A model generated the notes under the pieces. That model was not told the origin of the DNA and ran no database searches. It was given only the letters and a program-made list of their open reading frames with translations. A stretch of DNA of 64,000 nucleotides from Candidatus Amesbacteria bacterium. GTDB lineage: Bacteria; Patescibacteriota; Microgenomatia; CAZETR01; Amesbacteraceae. The stretch lies in contig CAVTQH010000002.1 in NCBI GenBank assembly GCA_963736875.1, positions 69,294 through 133,293 on the forward strand. The letters are read 5' to 3'. Positions within the stretch are counted from its first letter, which is position 1, and the number at the start of each line of letters is the position of its first letter. Shown piece by piece: positions 38,897 through 49,011 of the stretch. The translations under genes and the position numbers were made by a program.

Positions 38897-41782
38897 ATGC
38901 CGGAAAAAAAACTTAACAGCAAACAACTTGAAGCTGTCAATCATGGGGACGGCCCGCTTCTTATCATTGCCGGTGCTGGGACAGGTAAAACCACCGTGAT
39001 TACGGAACGGGTAAAACGCCTGATTACCGAAAAATTAGCCCAACCCGGGGAAATTCTCGGTCTGACTTTTACTGATAAAGCCGCCCGGGAAATGGAAGAC
39101 CGGATTGATATTGCGCTTCCCTATGGCTTTACCCAAATGTGGATTATGACCTTTCATTCTTTTTGCGATCGGATCCTTCGGGATGAAGGTCTCCACATAG
39201 GTTTGAATACCGGCTACAAGCTGATAACTGATACCGATGTTGTATCTTTATTTCGTCGTCATCTTTTTGATATGGATCTGGATTATTTTCGCCCTCTGGG
39301 TAATCCAAATAAATTTATCTCAGGTATGACACAGCATTTTAATCGCCTCCGCGATGAGGATATTTCTCCCGGACAATACCTTGACTGGACAAAATCTCAA
39401 CCCAAAAATCCTTCTTCACCCGAAGAGGTCCTGACCCAAAAAGAATACTCCGAACTGGCCCGGGTTTTTGATCAATATCAAAAGCTTAAGATTGAAGAAA
39501 ACGCCCTGGATTTTGCTGATCTGGTCTCTTATACCTTAAAACTTTTTCGTGAACGTTCCAATGTTTTAAAATATTATCAGCAGAAATTCAGGTATATTTT
39601 GGTTGATGAATATCAGGATACCAACTATGCCCAAAATCAATTAGTTAATCTTTTGGCGGGGAAACATCATAATTTGGCCGTAGTTGCCGATGACGACCAA
39701 TCCATTTATCGCTGGCGCGGAGCAGCTATCAGTAATGTTGTTCAATTTAAAACCACATATCCCAAAGCCAAACTTGTTGTTCTGACCCGAAACTATCGCA
39801 ACACCCAGGAAATTTTGGACACAGCTTACAGGCTGATTCAGTTTAATAATCCCGACCGTTTGGAGGTTAAAGAAAAAATTACTAAAAAACTGAAAGCTGC
39901 TTCATCCAAACCCGGTTACCCGGTAGAATTTTTGCATTTTGATCGGGTGGAAAACGAAGCAGACGGGGTAGCCAAAAAAATAAAATCTTTACTGGAGGAA
40001 AACCCGGGGCAATATTCTCCCAAAGATTTTGCTATTTTGGTTCGGGCCAACGCTCACGCTCATTCGTTTTCCCGCGGTCTGGACCGTTTGGGTATTCCGT
40101 ATCAATTTCTGGGACCTGGCCGTTTATTTGAGCAGTCGGAGGTCAAAGATCTGATTGCTTATCTTAAAATACTTCAGGATCCCGAAGATGACCAATCCCT
40201 TTTCCGGATCCTTTCAATGGAATATTTTGCCATTCCAGTCCGTGACCTGGTTACTATAAGTAATTATGCCCAAAAACACCAGATTTCTCTTTTTACAGCC
40301 TGTGAATCTCCGGATGATCTTGCTCTTCCCCGGGCCACCAACAATAAAATAAGCCGTGTTACCAGCATTATTAATAAACACCTTGCTTTAATTACCAAAG
40401 AGTCTGCAGGCCAGATTTTATTTTACTTTTTACAGGATGCGGGACTTTTGTCAGCTATTCTTTCTTACCGGACCCCGCTTGACGAACATAAAGCCGGAAA
40501 CATCACCAAATTTTTTAATAAATTAAAAAGCTTTGAAACGGAAAATAAAGACGCTTCCGTCACGGCGGTTTTAGACTGGATTGACCTTTCGTCTGAAGTG
40601 GGTGAGTCTCCTGCCGCCACCGACACCGACTGGACCCAAAACGATGCTGTAAATATTTTGACCATCCATTCTGCTAAAGGCCTTGAATTTCCGGTTGTTT
40701 TTCTGGTTAATCTGGTTTCTCAGCGTTTTCCCACCTCTGAAAAAAAAGAAGCAATTCCTCTCCCCCGGGAAATGATCAGGGAAATTCTTCCCGAAGGCGA
40801 CTATCACTTACAGGAAGAACGCCGCCTATTCTATGTGGGTATGACCAGAGCCCGCGAGCGGCTTTTTTTAACTGCGGCGGATTTTTACGGTGAAGGTAAA
40901 AGAATTAAAAAGACATCGCCTTTCGTGTCTGAAGCTCTTGGAGAGAAAACTATAAACGACCAACTTCCGGCAGCGGATCAAATATCTCTTCTGGATTGGA
41001 CCAAAAATAATTCAGCTCCAGCCCATCAAAAACCCATACCCATAACTGTAAGTTACTTAAGTTACTCTCAAATCCAGACTTTTTTGGACTGCCCGCTTCA
41101 TTACAAAGCAAAATATCTTCTCAAAATTTCTTCTCCGCCATCTGCCGCTTCCAGTTTTGGAAATACCATTCACAAAACGCTTAAAGATTACTTCATTTTG
41201 CTGCAACAGGGGGAAAAACCGGACATTCTGAAAATATTTGCCGGGGACTGGATTGCAGAAGGTTACCTCAACGCTAAGCACGCCAAATCTTATTTTCAAA
41301 AAGGAGAAAAGTATTTAAAAGAGTACTTAGAAAAAAATCCTGTAAAAACCCTGCCCCTGCGCCTGGAAGACTCTTTTACGGTTCCCATAGGTGAACTTAA
41401 AATCGGCGGAAAAATTGATAGGGTAGACCTTCTGCCTGACGGTATTTTGGAAATTATTGATTACAAAACAAGCACTAAACAATTAACCATAAAGCAGGCG
41501 GCGGTTGATTTACAGCTTTCCTTTTACGCCCTTGCCGCACACCTGATACCTTACCCGCCATATCACAGATCCCCGGATAAGATCAAACTCTCACTCTATT
41601 ATTTTGATACCCAGGAAAAAATCTCTGTTTTTCAGACACCGCAGCAGTTAAAAAAAGCCAGAGAGCAAATTATTGCTTATAAAGATCAAATTTTACACTC
41701 CGATTTTCACTGCAGCCGGGCCGGAATTTGCCAGGGTAAATGTGACTATCAAATTCTGTGCGATTTGGAAACGGAAAAATAA
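38897..41782 (+). CDS. UvrD/PcrA-family SF1 helicase fused to a C-terminal Cas4/AddB-like PD-(D/E)xK nuclease domain with Fe-S cysteine cluster
   Basis: N-terminal helicase motifs (AGAGTGKTTV; VDEYQDTN; YRWRGA; NYRNTQ; TIHSAKGLEFPVVF; VGMTRARERL). C-terminal RecB-like nuclease (LSYSQIQTFLDCPLHYKAKYLL…DRVDLLPDGILEIIDYKT) ending in CSRAGICQGKCDYQILC (4-Cys arrangement). 961 aa. Confidence 0.8.
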   Translation: MPEKKLNSKQLEAVNHGDGPLLIIAGAGTGKTTVITERVKRLITEKLAQPGEILGLTFTDKAAREMEDRIDIALPYGFTQMWIMTFHSFCDRILRDEGLHIGLNTGYKLITDTDVVSLFRRHLFDMDLDYFRPLGNPNKFISGMTQHFNRLRDEDISPGQYLDWTKSQPKNPSSPEEVLTQKEYSELARVFDQYQKLKIEENALDFADLVSYTLKLFRERSNVLKYYQQKFRYILVDEYQDTNYAQNQLVNLLAGKHHNLAVVADDDQSIYRWRGAAISNVVQFKTTYPKAKLVVLTRNYRNTQEILDTAYRLIQFNNPDRLEVKEKITKKLKAASSKPGYPVEFLHFDRVENEADGVAKKIKSLLEENPGQYSPKDFAILVRANAHAHSFSRGLDRLGIPYQFLGPGRLFEQSEVKDLIAYLKILQDPEDDQSLFRILSMEYFAIPVRDLVTISNYAQKHQISLFTACESPDDLALPRATNNKISRVTSIINKHLALITKESAGQILFYFLQDAGLLSAILSYRTPLDEHKAGNITKFFNKLKSFETENKDASVTAVLDWIDLSSEVGESPAATDTDWTQNDAVNILTIHSAKGLEFPVVFLVNLVSQRFPTSEKKEAIPLPREMIREILPEGDYHLQEERRLFYVGMTRARERLFLTAADFYGEGKRIKKTSPFVSEALGEKTINDQLPAADQISLLDWTKNNSAPAHQKPIPITVSYLSYSQIQTFLDCPLHYKAKYLLKISSPPSAASSFGNTIHKTLKDYFILLQQGEKPDILKIFAGDWIAEGYLNAKHAKSYFQKGEKYLKEYLEKNPVKTLPLRLEDSFTVPIGELKIGGKIDRVDLLPDGILEIIDYKTSTKQLTIKQAAVDLQLSFYALAAHLIPYPPYHRSPDKIKLSLYYFDTQEKISVFQTPQQLKKAREQIIAYKDQILHSDFHCSRAGICQGKCDYQILCDLETEK

Positions 41783-42164
41783 CGGTTTATACTTAATATG
41801 TGATCACTTTGTCAGGACAGCAATTGACGGGTGTAGATTGGATTACGGTTTCCCCGGCCATCCACCCCCTGCGGACATTGATTTTTTTCTTTCCCATACT
41901 CCTTTTTTCCTATTTTTCACTCCACTTTCTTCATAGGGTTAATTCCGGTTCCACAATTGTGGTTTACCCTTCTCATTTTTGGGATTCTTTTCAGATCATT
42001 TCCGGCAAATACCAGCTCACACCGGTACAGAAAAAACAGGGATTAATAAAAAGCTACAACAGCCCTCTGGCTTCTGCTTTACTGGGAATCTATATGTTCG
42101 CAGCCGCAGAACTTTTACTGATCCTGCTTTTTAAACAACCTGAATATTTCTTTTCCCCGATAAT

Positions 42165-42989
42165 CTAAAACGGCCAGCGCCATTTTTCAAAAGAACCGGG
42201 AAATTCTGTCTCTTCCCCCCCAAAGCTTTTTTTAAAGTGCGAGAATCCCAGCCAGCTTTTATTTGGCCATCTGGCGTCATAAATCCCTTCAAAATCCCAT
42301 ATTTTACACCCTCTTTTTTTAGCTTCCTTCATTGCTTCCCAGACAATTAAATACGGCAGATTTAGAACTGTTCCCTCTTTTGTCGATCCGGCATAATAAT
42401 AAAAAGCGGTATCCCTGTGAATTAAAACCAAAGCTCCTGCCATATCGTTTACAGTTAAACAAAAAACATATTTACCGAAAGCTTTTATCAGAGATTCGTA
42501 TTCCTTCTTTTTCGGAATCCACAGACTTTTCCTTTTTGCTGACTGCTTCCAGATTTTATAGAAATCTCCGAATTTATTAAAGGAAATTGGATAATTGGAA
42601 ATTAGTAATTTTCTTATAATATATCTGGCATCTTTCTTAAAAGAGCTTAATATGTTTATCTTTTTTGATTTTAAATCTACTCTCAGGGTTTTTGTCCCCA
42701 AAAGGGGCCAGTTACTCACCCGGTATCCGGGTGGTCTCTGATCTTTCATAGGTTCTATCCTAACCATCATTACCCGGTTTTCCCTCAGAATATTTTCGAT
42801 ATTTTCCAGGAGGAAATCTTCGCCGGTTCTCTGCAATTTTGCTATTGCCACCGGTCCCAATTTTCTGATAAATATTTGTATTTTTGGCTGAACTCTCAGG
42901 GTTTTCCACCCGATACTCTCCATGTATTTCCCGTACTCCTCTGATTGTCTCAAATCTTCAACTACTTCAATTTTCTTAAGATTTTCCAC
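42165..42989 (-). CDS. FemAB-family peptidoglycan interpeptide-bridge aminoacyltransferase
   Basis: 274 aa. C-terminal block FYYYAGSTKEGTVLNLPYLIVWEAMKEAKKRGCKIWDFEGI…FSHFKKSFGGEE is typical of the FemX/FemA GNAT-like domain. Confidence 0.65.
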   Translation of the reverse strand: MENLKKIEVVEDLRQSEEYGKYMESIGWKTLRVQPKIQIFIRKLGPVAIAKLQRTGEDFLLENIENILRENRVMMVRIEPMKDQRPPGYRVSNWPLLGTKTLRVDLKSKKINILSSFKKDARYIIRKLLISNYPISFNKFGDFYKIWKQSAKRKSLWIPKKKEYESLIKAFGKYVFCLTVNDMAGALVLIHRDTAFYYYAGSTKEGTVLNLPYLIVWEAMKEAKKRGCKIWDFEGIYDARWPNKSWLGFSHFKKSFGGEETEFPGSFEKWRWPF

Positions 42990-43878
42990 CTTATTCCCTC
43001 CGCTGCTCTGAATAAAGGATAAAACCCGGTATTTACCGGTAGATCGTACGATCCGATAAGTTCGATCGTCTTTCCCCCAAATTGTTCTTTAAACCGGCTG
43101 AAACCTTTTCCCTCTTCCGCCCCCCACAGATCCAAAAATTTACATCCTTGGTTTTTTCCCCATTTGGCGACTTCCCAAAGCAACACTGTCGGCGCCATGA
43201 CTTCTTTGTGCTCCAGTGCCGACGCCCCGTAGGCGTAATAAATTCCTTCTTTAAACTTAAATATAATACTTGCAGCAATAATATCCTTCTCATATTCCGC
43301 CACAAATAAATGGGCAACATCACCTTTTAAACTGTTCCACATTAATCGGTGATAATCTCTGCCGTGAGAGTAAATTTTTTGTCTTTTTGCGGTTCCGGAA
43401 AACATTAAATCCAAATATTTTTCAAAAGTCTCCGGCAGAGTCGTATTCCCTGACGGTTACCCCGTGCTTTTGGGCAATTTTTATATTGTACCTGCCTTTT
43501 GGATGCATCTTCTTTAATAACTCCTCTTCAGTAAGTGTCAGGTCCAGAATGAAAGTCTTGGTTTTGAAAAGAGGCCTGCCCTCTCTCAGTCTCTTACTCA
43601 ATTTTTAAATTGTCTTTTTTTAATACATTTGGCTCGAGTCTGATCCCTATCGCACCCATTTTTATTCCTTCAGCCTCAAGCGCTTTAAAATCCTTTTCCT
43701 CCGGCCATTTTCCCATGGGAATATATCCGAAACACCACGGGGTGTATTTTATTTTCGTCCACACGACAAGCATTCCGTTCACCCGGGAAATTGGTTGCCT
43801 TTGTTTTCTAAATTCCCCCCACTCCCAGCTCTGCAGCGGATGAGTCACTCCCTGATTCCAATTTTCAGCCTCGCTCAT
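42962..43878 (-). CDS. Second FemAB-family protein, in three frame-pieces (frameshifts near 43597 and 43425)
   Basis: Pieces are 43594..43878 (N-term), an untracked middle piece (LSKRLREGRPLFKTKTFILDLTLTEEELLKKMHPKGRYNIKIAQKHGVTVREYD) and 42962..43414 (YYAYGASALEHKEVMAPTVLLWEVAKWGKNQGCKFLDLWGAEEG…FKEQFGGK). Together they form one FemAB-like protein of about 305 aa, in tandem with the previous gene. Confidence 0.6.
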
Positions 43879-43915
43879 ATCGTTTATTTTACCCTTTACT
43901 TTTACTATTCACTAT

Positions 43916-45803
43916 TCATTCTTCCGGTTTCCACCTCCAGTTGCCATTACTGTCAAACCCCCAGTCACTGGCAACTGCCCTTCCGAAACCTTTGATTATG
44001 GAGGACTTTTTCCGGCTGCTTTCAATTAAATCCTCCGGGATATCCGCTAAAAATCTTGACACCATATTACTGCTTCTTTGCCCGAAAAACAGTCTTCTGG
44101 TGGCATATGTTAAGTACAGCTTATCCTTAGCCCTGGTTATTCCCACATAGCATAACCTCCTTTCCTCCTCCAGTTCTTCCGAATTCATTAATACCCGGGA
44201 GTGGGGAAATAATCCTTCCTCCATTCCCACGACGAATACTGTCTTAAATTCCAACCCCTTAGCCGCATGTAAGGTCATCAGAGTTACCGCCCCCAAAGCG
44301 TCACTGGATTCCTGACGTAACCGATTTTTACCCTCCCTTTCCGTCAAGGCTATCTGTTCCAGAAAATCAATCAAATCGGGATACTCGGTTGCCACGCTTC
44401 TTAATTCCTTAATATTCTCGAGCCGCATGGCCTCTTCTTCATTTAACGGATCATACTGGTCCAGATAATTAGTCTCTCTTAAAACATCATCCAGGATTAT
44501 TAATGTATCTGTTCTTAAATCCAAATCCTTAAACTTTAAATCAAATTTATGTAATTTTGTTTTCCCGATTTTTTCAGCCCTTTTTCTGGATATTTCATCT
44601 TCGGGATTGACCAGTAACTTCAAATAAGCCAGCACGTCTTTAATTTCTTTCCGTTCATAAAATCTCACCCCCCCCACCAGTTTGTAGGGAATACCGGCGT
44701 GCAGCATTGCTTCTTCCAGCACTCTTGACTGCGCATTTGTCCGGTATAAAACTGCGGCATCGGAATATTTTTCCCCGCTGTTTTCCATATTCCGGATACT
44801 ATCTACTACAAACCGGGCTTCATCCAGCTCACTTTCGGCTTCATAAACCGTCAGCAGGTCTCCCATTGCCTTTTCCGTCCACAATTTTAAAATCGGGTGA
44901 TTTTTATTTTTTGAAATGATATTATTGGCTGCTCTCAGAATATTTTGGGTCGACCGGTAATTTTGCTCCAATTGGATTACTTTCAAATCGGGAAAATCGC
45001 GTTTTAAATAATGCAGGTTTCGGTAGTCGGCTCCCCTCCATGAATAAATCGCCTGGGCGGCATCTCCCACCACAGTCAGTCTTCGATGACCAAAGGCCAT
45101 CATTTTGGTAATTTCATACTGTGCCTTGTTGGTATCCTGATATTCGTCGACCAGAATATACTGATATAAATTATGTAGTATTTTCAGCACTTCGGGCATC
45201 TCCTGTAATAAACGAACTGTCATCACCAGCAAATCATCAAAATCCAGGGCATTGTATTTTCTGAGTAATGTTTGATAAGTTGCATATACTCTGGCCACCG
45301 TCCGGGAAAAATTACCCCTGGCAAAACCGGCATATTCAGCCGCTCCGATTAAATTATTTTTGGCTTCGGATATTGCTCCCAACACCGAAGCCGGTCTGAC
45401 AGATTTGGGATCAATTCCCAAAATTGACATTGCCTGTTTGACCACATCTATTTGGTCTGCCTCGTCAAAGATTACAAATCTTTCGGAAATTCCAATATTG
45501 TTCCCCATATCTTCTTAGATACCTGGCACAAAAACTATGAAATGTACCTCCGGTAACCGTTTCGTCAGATTTTCCTATCAATTTACGGACTCTCCTGAGC
45601 ATTTCTTCCGACGCTTTATTGGTAAAAGTCAGAAGCAAAATATTTCTTGGATTTACCCCCTGGCTTTTTATTAAATATGCTACCCTGTGGGTCAGAATCC
45701 GGGTTTTACCGCTTCCTGCTCCTGCCAGTATCAGGAGTGGTTTTGAGGTGTCATAAGAAACCGCTTCTTGTTGAATGGGATTGAGTTCGGATAAAATCTC
45801 CAT
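43916..45803 (-). CDS. pcrA: ATP-dependent DNA helicase PcrA/UvrD (short form), with one frameshift near 45480-45510
   Basis: N-terminal piece 45465..45803 (LNPIQQEAVSYDTSKPLLILAGAGSGKTRILTHRVAYLI…TFHSFCARYLR) and C-terminal piece 43916..45508 (VDEYQDTNKAQYEI…YSWRGADYRN…NYRSTQNIL…TLHAAKGLEFKTVFVVG…VGITRAKDKLY). Confidence 0.8.
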
Positions 45804-45819
45804 GATACTTATTAACTAT

Positions 45820-46872
45820 ATGCAGATTAACAAAATCCGCCACATTTACAACCGGATTCGCCGCCAGCTTCTTTCCCATGTGTTTCTGGCCAGAGTTATT
45901 CTTATCCTTACAGTTATATCCGTCTTTATCATCGCCGGATTAATCTTTCGCCTCCCTCTTCAGAAAGCTGCATCGGGATGGGGACTAATCACCGGTAAAT
46001 CCTTACCTCAGACAGCCGGTCGGACAAACCTGGTTCTTTTAGGTACGGGTGGTGAGGGACACACAGGATCGGATTTGACCGACACAATCATTTTTGTATC
46101 TATAAAGATTCAAACCGGTGAAACAACACTAATTTCTGTTCCCAGGGATCTTTGGATCCCCTCAATCCGGGCAAAAATAAATACGGCCTATTACTACGGT
46201 TACCAGAAACAGGCTACCGGCGGGGGGTTACTTCTGGCCAAATCTGCCGTATCGGAAGCTTTGAATCAACCGGTTCACTTTGCTGTCAAAATAGACTTCT
46301 CCACTTTTTCCCAAGCCATAGATTTATTGGGAGGAATAGATATTACAATAGACAGAAGTTTTGATGATTTTCAATACCCGATTGCCGGAAAAGAGAATGA
46401 TTCCTGTAGTGGCGATCCGGAATATAAGTGCCGCTATGAACATCTCCGTTTTGAAGCAGGCCTCCGGCATATGGATGGGGAAACTGCACTCAAATTTGTC
46501 CGATCCCGTCATTCTACGGACCCTGTTGAGGGTACTGATTTTGCCAGGGGACAACGCCAGGAAAAGGTTATTTCGGCTATTAAAGCCAAACTTACTTCAA
46601 TTGAAAATTTGAAAAACTCCAAAGTCTATCAGGAGCTTTACGATCTGGTGTCCCGTTCTGTAGTTACGGATATCGGACCTGATTATTATTCCGGTTTTTT
46701 GCGTCTGGGATTAAAAATGAGAAAACTTCCCTTCAAATCCTTCAGTCTCTCCGAACCGGATCAGCTGGAAAATCCTCCGATTTCTCCCAAATACGACAAC
46801 CAATGGGTTTTAATTCCCAAAGACAATGACCCTCAGACGGTCTTTAATTACGTTTCGTCACTTCTTCAGTAA
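45820..46872 (+). CDS. LytR-CpsA-Psr (LCP) family cell-envelope polymer transferase
   Basis: N-terminal TM plus LCP core (NLVLLGTGGEGHTGSDLTDTIIFVSIK…LISVPRDLWIP…GGIDITIDRSFDD). The track start at 45775 lies inside the divergent pcrA N-terminus; the ATGs at 45802 or 45820 are more plausible. Confidence 0.75.
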   Translation: MQINKIRHIYNRIRRQLLSHVFLARVILILTVISVFIIAGLIFRLPLQKAASGWGLITGKSLPQTAGRTNLVLLGTGGEGHTGSDLTDTIIFVSIKIQTGETTLISVPRDLWIPSIRAKINTAYYYGYQKQATGGGLLLAKSAVSEALNQPVHFAVKIDFSTFSQAIDLLGGIDITIDRSFDDFQYPIAGKENDSCSGDPEYKCRYEHLRFEAGLRHMDGETALKFVRSRHSTDPVEGTDFARGQRQEKVISAIKAKLTSIENLKNSKVYQELYDLVSRSVVTDIGPDYYSGFLRLGLKMRKLPFKSFSLSEPDQLENPPISPKYDNQWVLIPKDNDPQTVFNYVSSLLQ

Positions 46873-48983
46873 TCACCGACCTTGTAAATTGTTGTTGTTC
46901 CCTGAGAAAAAACCGGTTTTCCCAATTGGGATATTTTCTCCTCATTCAGATTTATATATTTCTGCCTCTCCAGCTCTCCCACCACCACATATTCCACTTT
47001 ATATTTTTTTAAAAGCGCCTCTGTTTCAATAATATCAGGGGATTCATAAATATATTGGACTTCTCCTCCTCTGTCTCCGATCGGCTCATAACCGCCTCTC
47101 CACAGCCATTCATGTACCGCCCAGCCTGCAACTGTGGGTAGTCCGGTAAAAGCAGAGATTCTTTCATAATCGGTATAGCTGTCCCCGGCTGCCTCAAGGA
47201 TCACCGGTTGTTTTCCGTCCGGAATGTTTGTATTCAGCCAATTAATTGCCGCCATGTCATCCGGGTATTTATCCTCAAGCCATACCAGACCGTTTAATCC
47301 CTGATAGGTCTGTAATGAATTGAAGTATGATCTGACAGAAAAATAAGGGTATACCAAGACTAAAAATAACATAGGTACGGATGCTGCCACAAACATTTTA
47401 GTAATCAATCCCTTACCTTTTTTAATAATCAAATTCACCATGGTAAATCCGGAAACCATCGACATCAGAATAAACACCTGATAACCGAGCTTAAACATAG
47501 TATTACTTCTGAAATGTAAAGGGTAAATATCTTTAAAATAGAAAAACTCGGGGAAAATCACCAATAACAGGGAAAAACCCGACCAGATTAAAAGTGCGGG
47601 TTTATGGGGAGTTTTTGGGTCTGCCAGATAAGTTAAACCCAAACCGCAATATAAGAAAAATCCCCATAAAACAAACATCATCCATAAGGGGGATTTTTGG
47701 CATTTTTCCGGTTCTTCAAAAATAAGCGGACCGATTTTTGAACCGCTTAAACTGGCCGGAGGGCAATTCACCGCCACCCCTGAAACAAAAGGTTTAAAAG
47801 AGATGATAAAAGGAGTAATTATTATTAAGAAAGCACCGCCGGTAACTAAAACCTTCTGTATCAGATTTTTCCACCAATGCCGGCTGGTTACCGGTATCGG
47901 CCATTTATTAAACAGCAACAAACATCCGAGAAGTCCGATGTATATGGGTCCGTCCAGGGCATTTGTCATAAATGCCGTTCCTGCCACCGCTCCGTATAAA
48001 CCGTATTTCCATATTTCCTCCCTTTTCTCCTCCTCCTTAAACATCACGACCAGCAGGGCAATCAGAAGCAATGCGATTGGTATAGCCAGTACGTGGCCAT
48101 GAACGTCGGAGACAACAAACGAATACGACGGGAATTCGTGGATTGTATAAGGAATAAATCTGGTTGCATTCGGATACCAATAACTATTCCATCCCTCCAT
48201 AAATTTCTCACGGTCGGTTATGGGTGAAAATATTTTCCAGAAAGGCGGGGGATTATCCTCTCCCCAGTAACCTTTGGTAAAAGCATATATCGTATGTAAG
48301 TTTCCTGATAAAGTCACCAGAAGCGCAATAAACAGCGCCCCCAGTATTTTTTTGGAGCTTGATAACCCTGACAACAAATGCCTGCCGATCGAAAAACTCA
48401 TCGTAAACGTCAATGCAAACAATGTTGCCAGCATCAGATTGAATCCGTAAACAAGGTCAATCCCGGAAAATTTTGTGACTACAGCCATCATTAAATGGCC
48501 GAAGTAGTAGTAATTTATTGTGCTTCCGGAAAACCACATATCAGCCGGAGGGAAGTAACCTTCTCTTAAAATTGATCTGGTAAATCCGTAATCCATAAAT
48601 TTTTCCAAACCATTTATCGTCGGCTCATGAGCTTTTATATAAACCCAGAGCAGTAAACACGCTAAAAAGAATATTTCCTCTATCACCAGCACGGTCCAAT
48701 TTATTTTTACTTTATCCTTTATTCTTGCGTTAAGACCCAGCCATCCGATCGCTGATAACAAGGCAACCAGAATAAAAATTGACAGCCACCCGAATGGCAA
48801 TATCCGGAAACTTCCCAAAATCCATACACCGTAAGTAACCAGCAGAAGTCCTACGGCTTTGGCCAGCAAATATCCGTGGTTCTCCCACTTCTTAAACCAG
48901 ATTTTAGCAAACGGCCATCCGGCCCACCCGATAATCAGTAATATTGCCCACCACCTCAAGCTTAGTGTAAAGTCTGTCAACAC
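46866..48983 (-). CDS. Large polytopic membrane protein, DUF2298-like / putative GT-C glycosyltransferase
   Basis: 705 aa, 14 or more TM helices with a large extracytoplasmic C-terminal domain. Motif region RFIPYTIHEFPSYSFVVSDVHGH resembles the conserved loop I recall for DUF2298. Family assignment is from memory. Confidence 0.45.
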   Translation of the reverse strand: MLTDFTLSLRWWAILLIIGWAGWPFAKIWFKKWENHGYLLAKAVGLLLVTYGVWILGSFRILPFGWLSIFILVALLSAIGWLGLNARIKDKVKINWTVLVIEEIFFLACLLLWVYIKAHEPTINGLEKFMDYGFTRSILREGYFPPADMWFSGSTINYYYFGHLMMAVVTKFSGIDLVYGFNLMLATLFALTFTMSFSIGRHLLSGLSSSKKILGALFIALLVTLSGNLHTIYAFTKGYWGEDNPPPFWKIFSPITDREKFMEGWNSYWYPNATRFIPYTIHEFPSYSFVVSDVHGHVLAIPIALLLIALLVVMFKEEEKREEIWKYGLYGAVAGTAFMTNALDGPIYIGLLGCLLLFNKWPIPVTSRHWWKNLIQKVLVTGGAFLIIITPFIISFKPFVSGVAVNCPPASLSGSKIGPLIFEEPEKCQKSPLWMMFVLWGFFLYCGLGLTYLADPKTPHKPALLIWSGFSLLLVIFPEFFYFKDIYPLHFRSNTMFKLGYQVFILMSMVSGFTMVNLIIKKGKGLITKMFVAASVPMLFLVLVYPYFSVRSYFNSLQTYQGLNGLVWLEDKYPDDMAAINWLNTNIPDGKQPVILEAAGDSYTDYERISAFTGLPTVAGWAVHEWLWRGGYEPIGDRGGEVQYIYESPDIIETEALLKKYKVEYVVVGELERQKYINLNEEKISQLGKPVFSQGTTTIYKVGDY

Positions 48984-49011
48984 ACAGCAATTATAATAGA
49001 ATTATACCCAT

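Noticed and set aside
10433-45803. Reading the split genes (tsaD, gmd, groEL, GT39, GT2, femAB, pcrA) as bona fide pseudogenes
   Set aside because: The flanking frames align seamlessly to single proteins, most junctions are at homopolymers, and essential groEL is affected. Assembly indel error is the more parsimonious explanation (gmd, with an insertion-like segment, is the possible exception).
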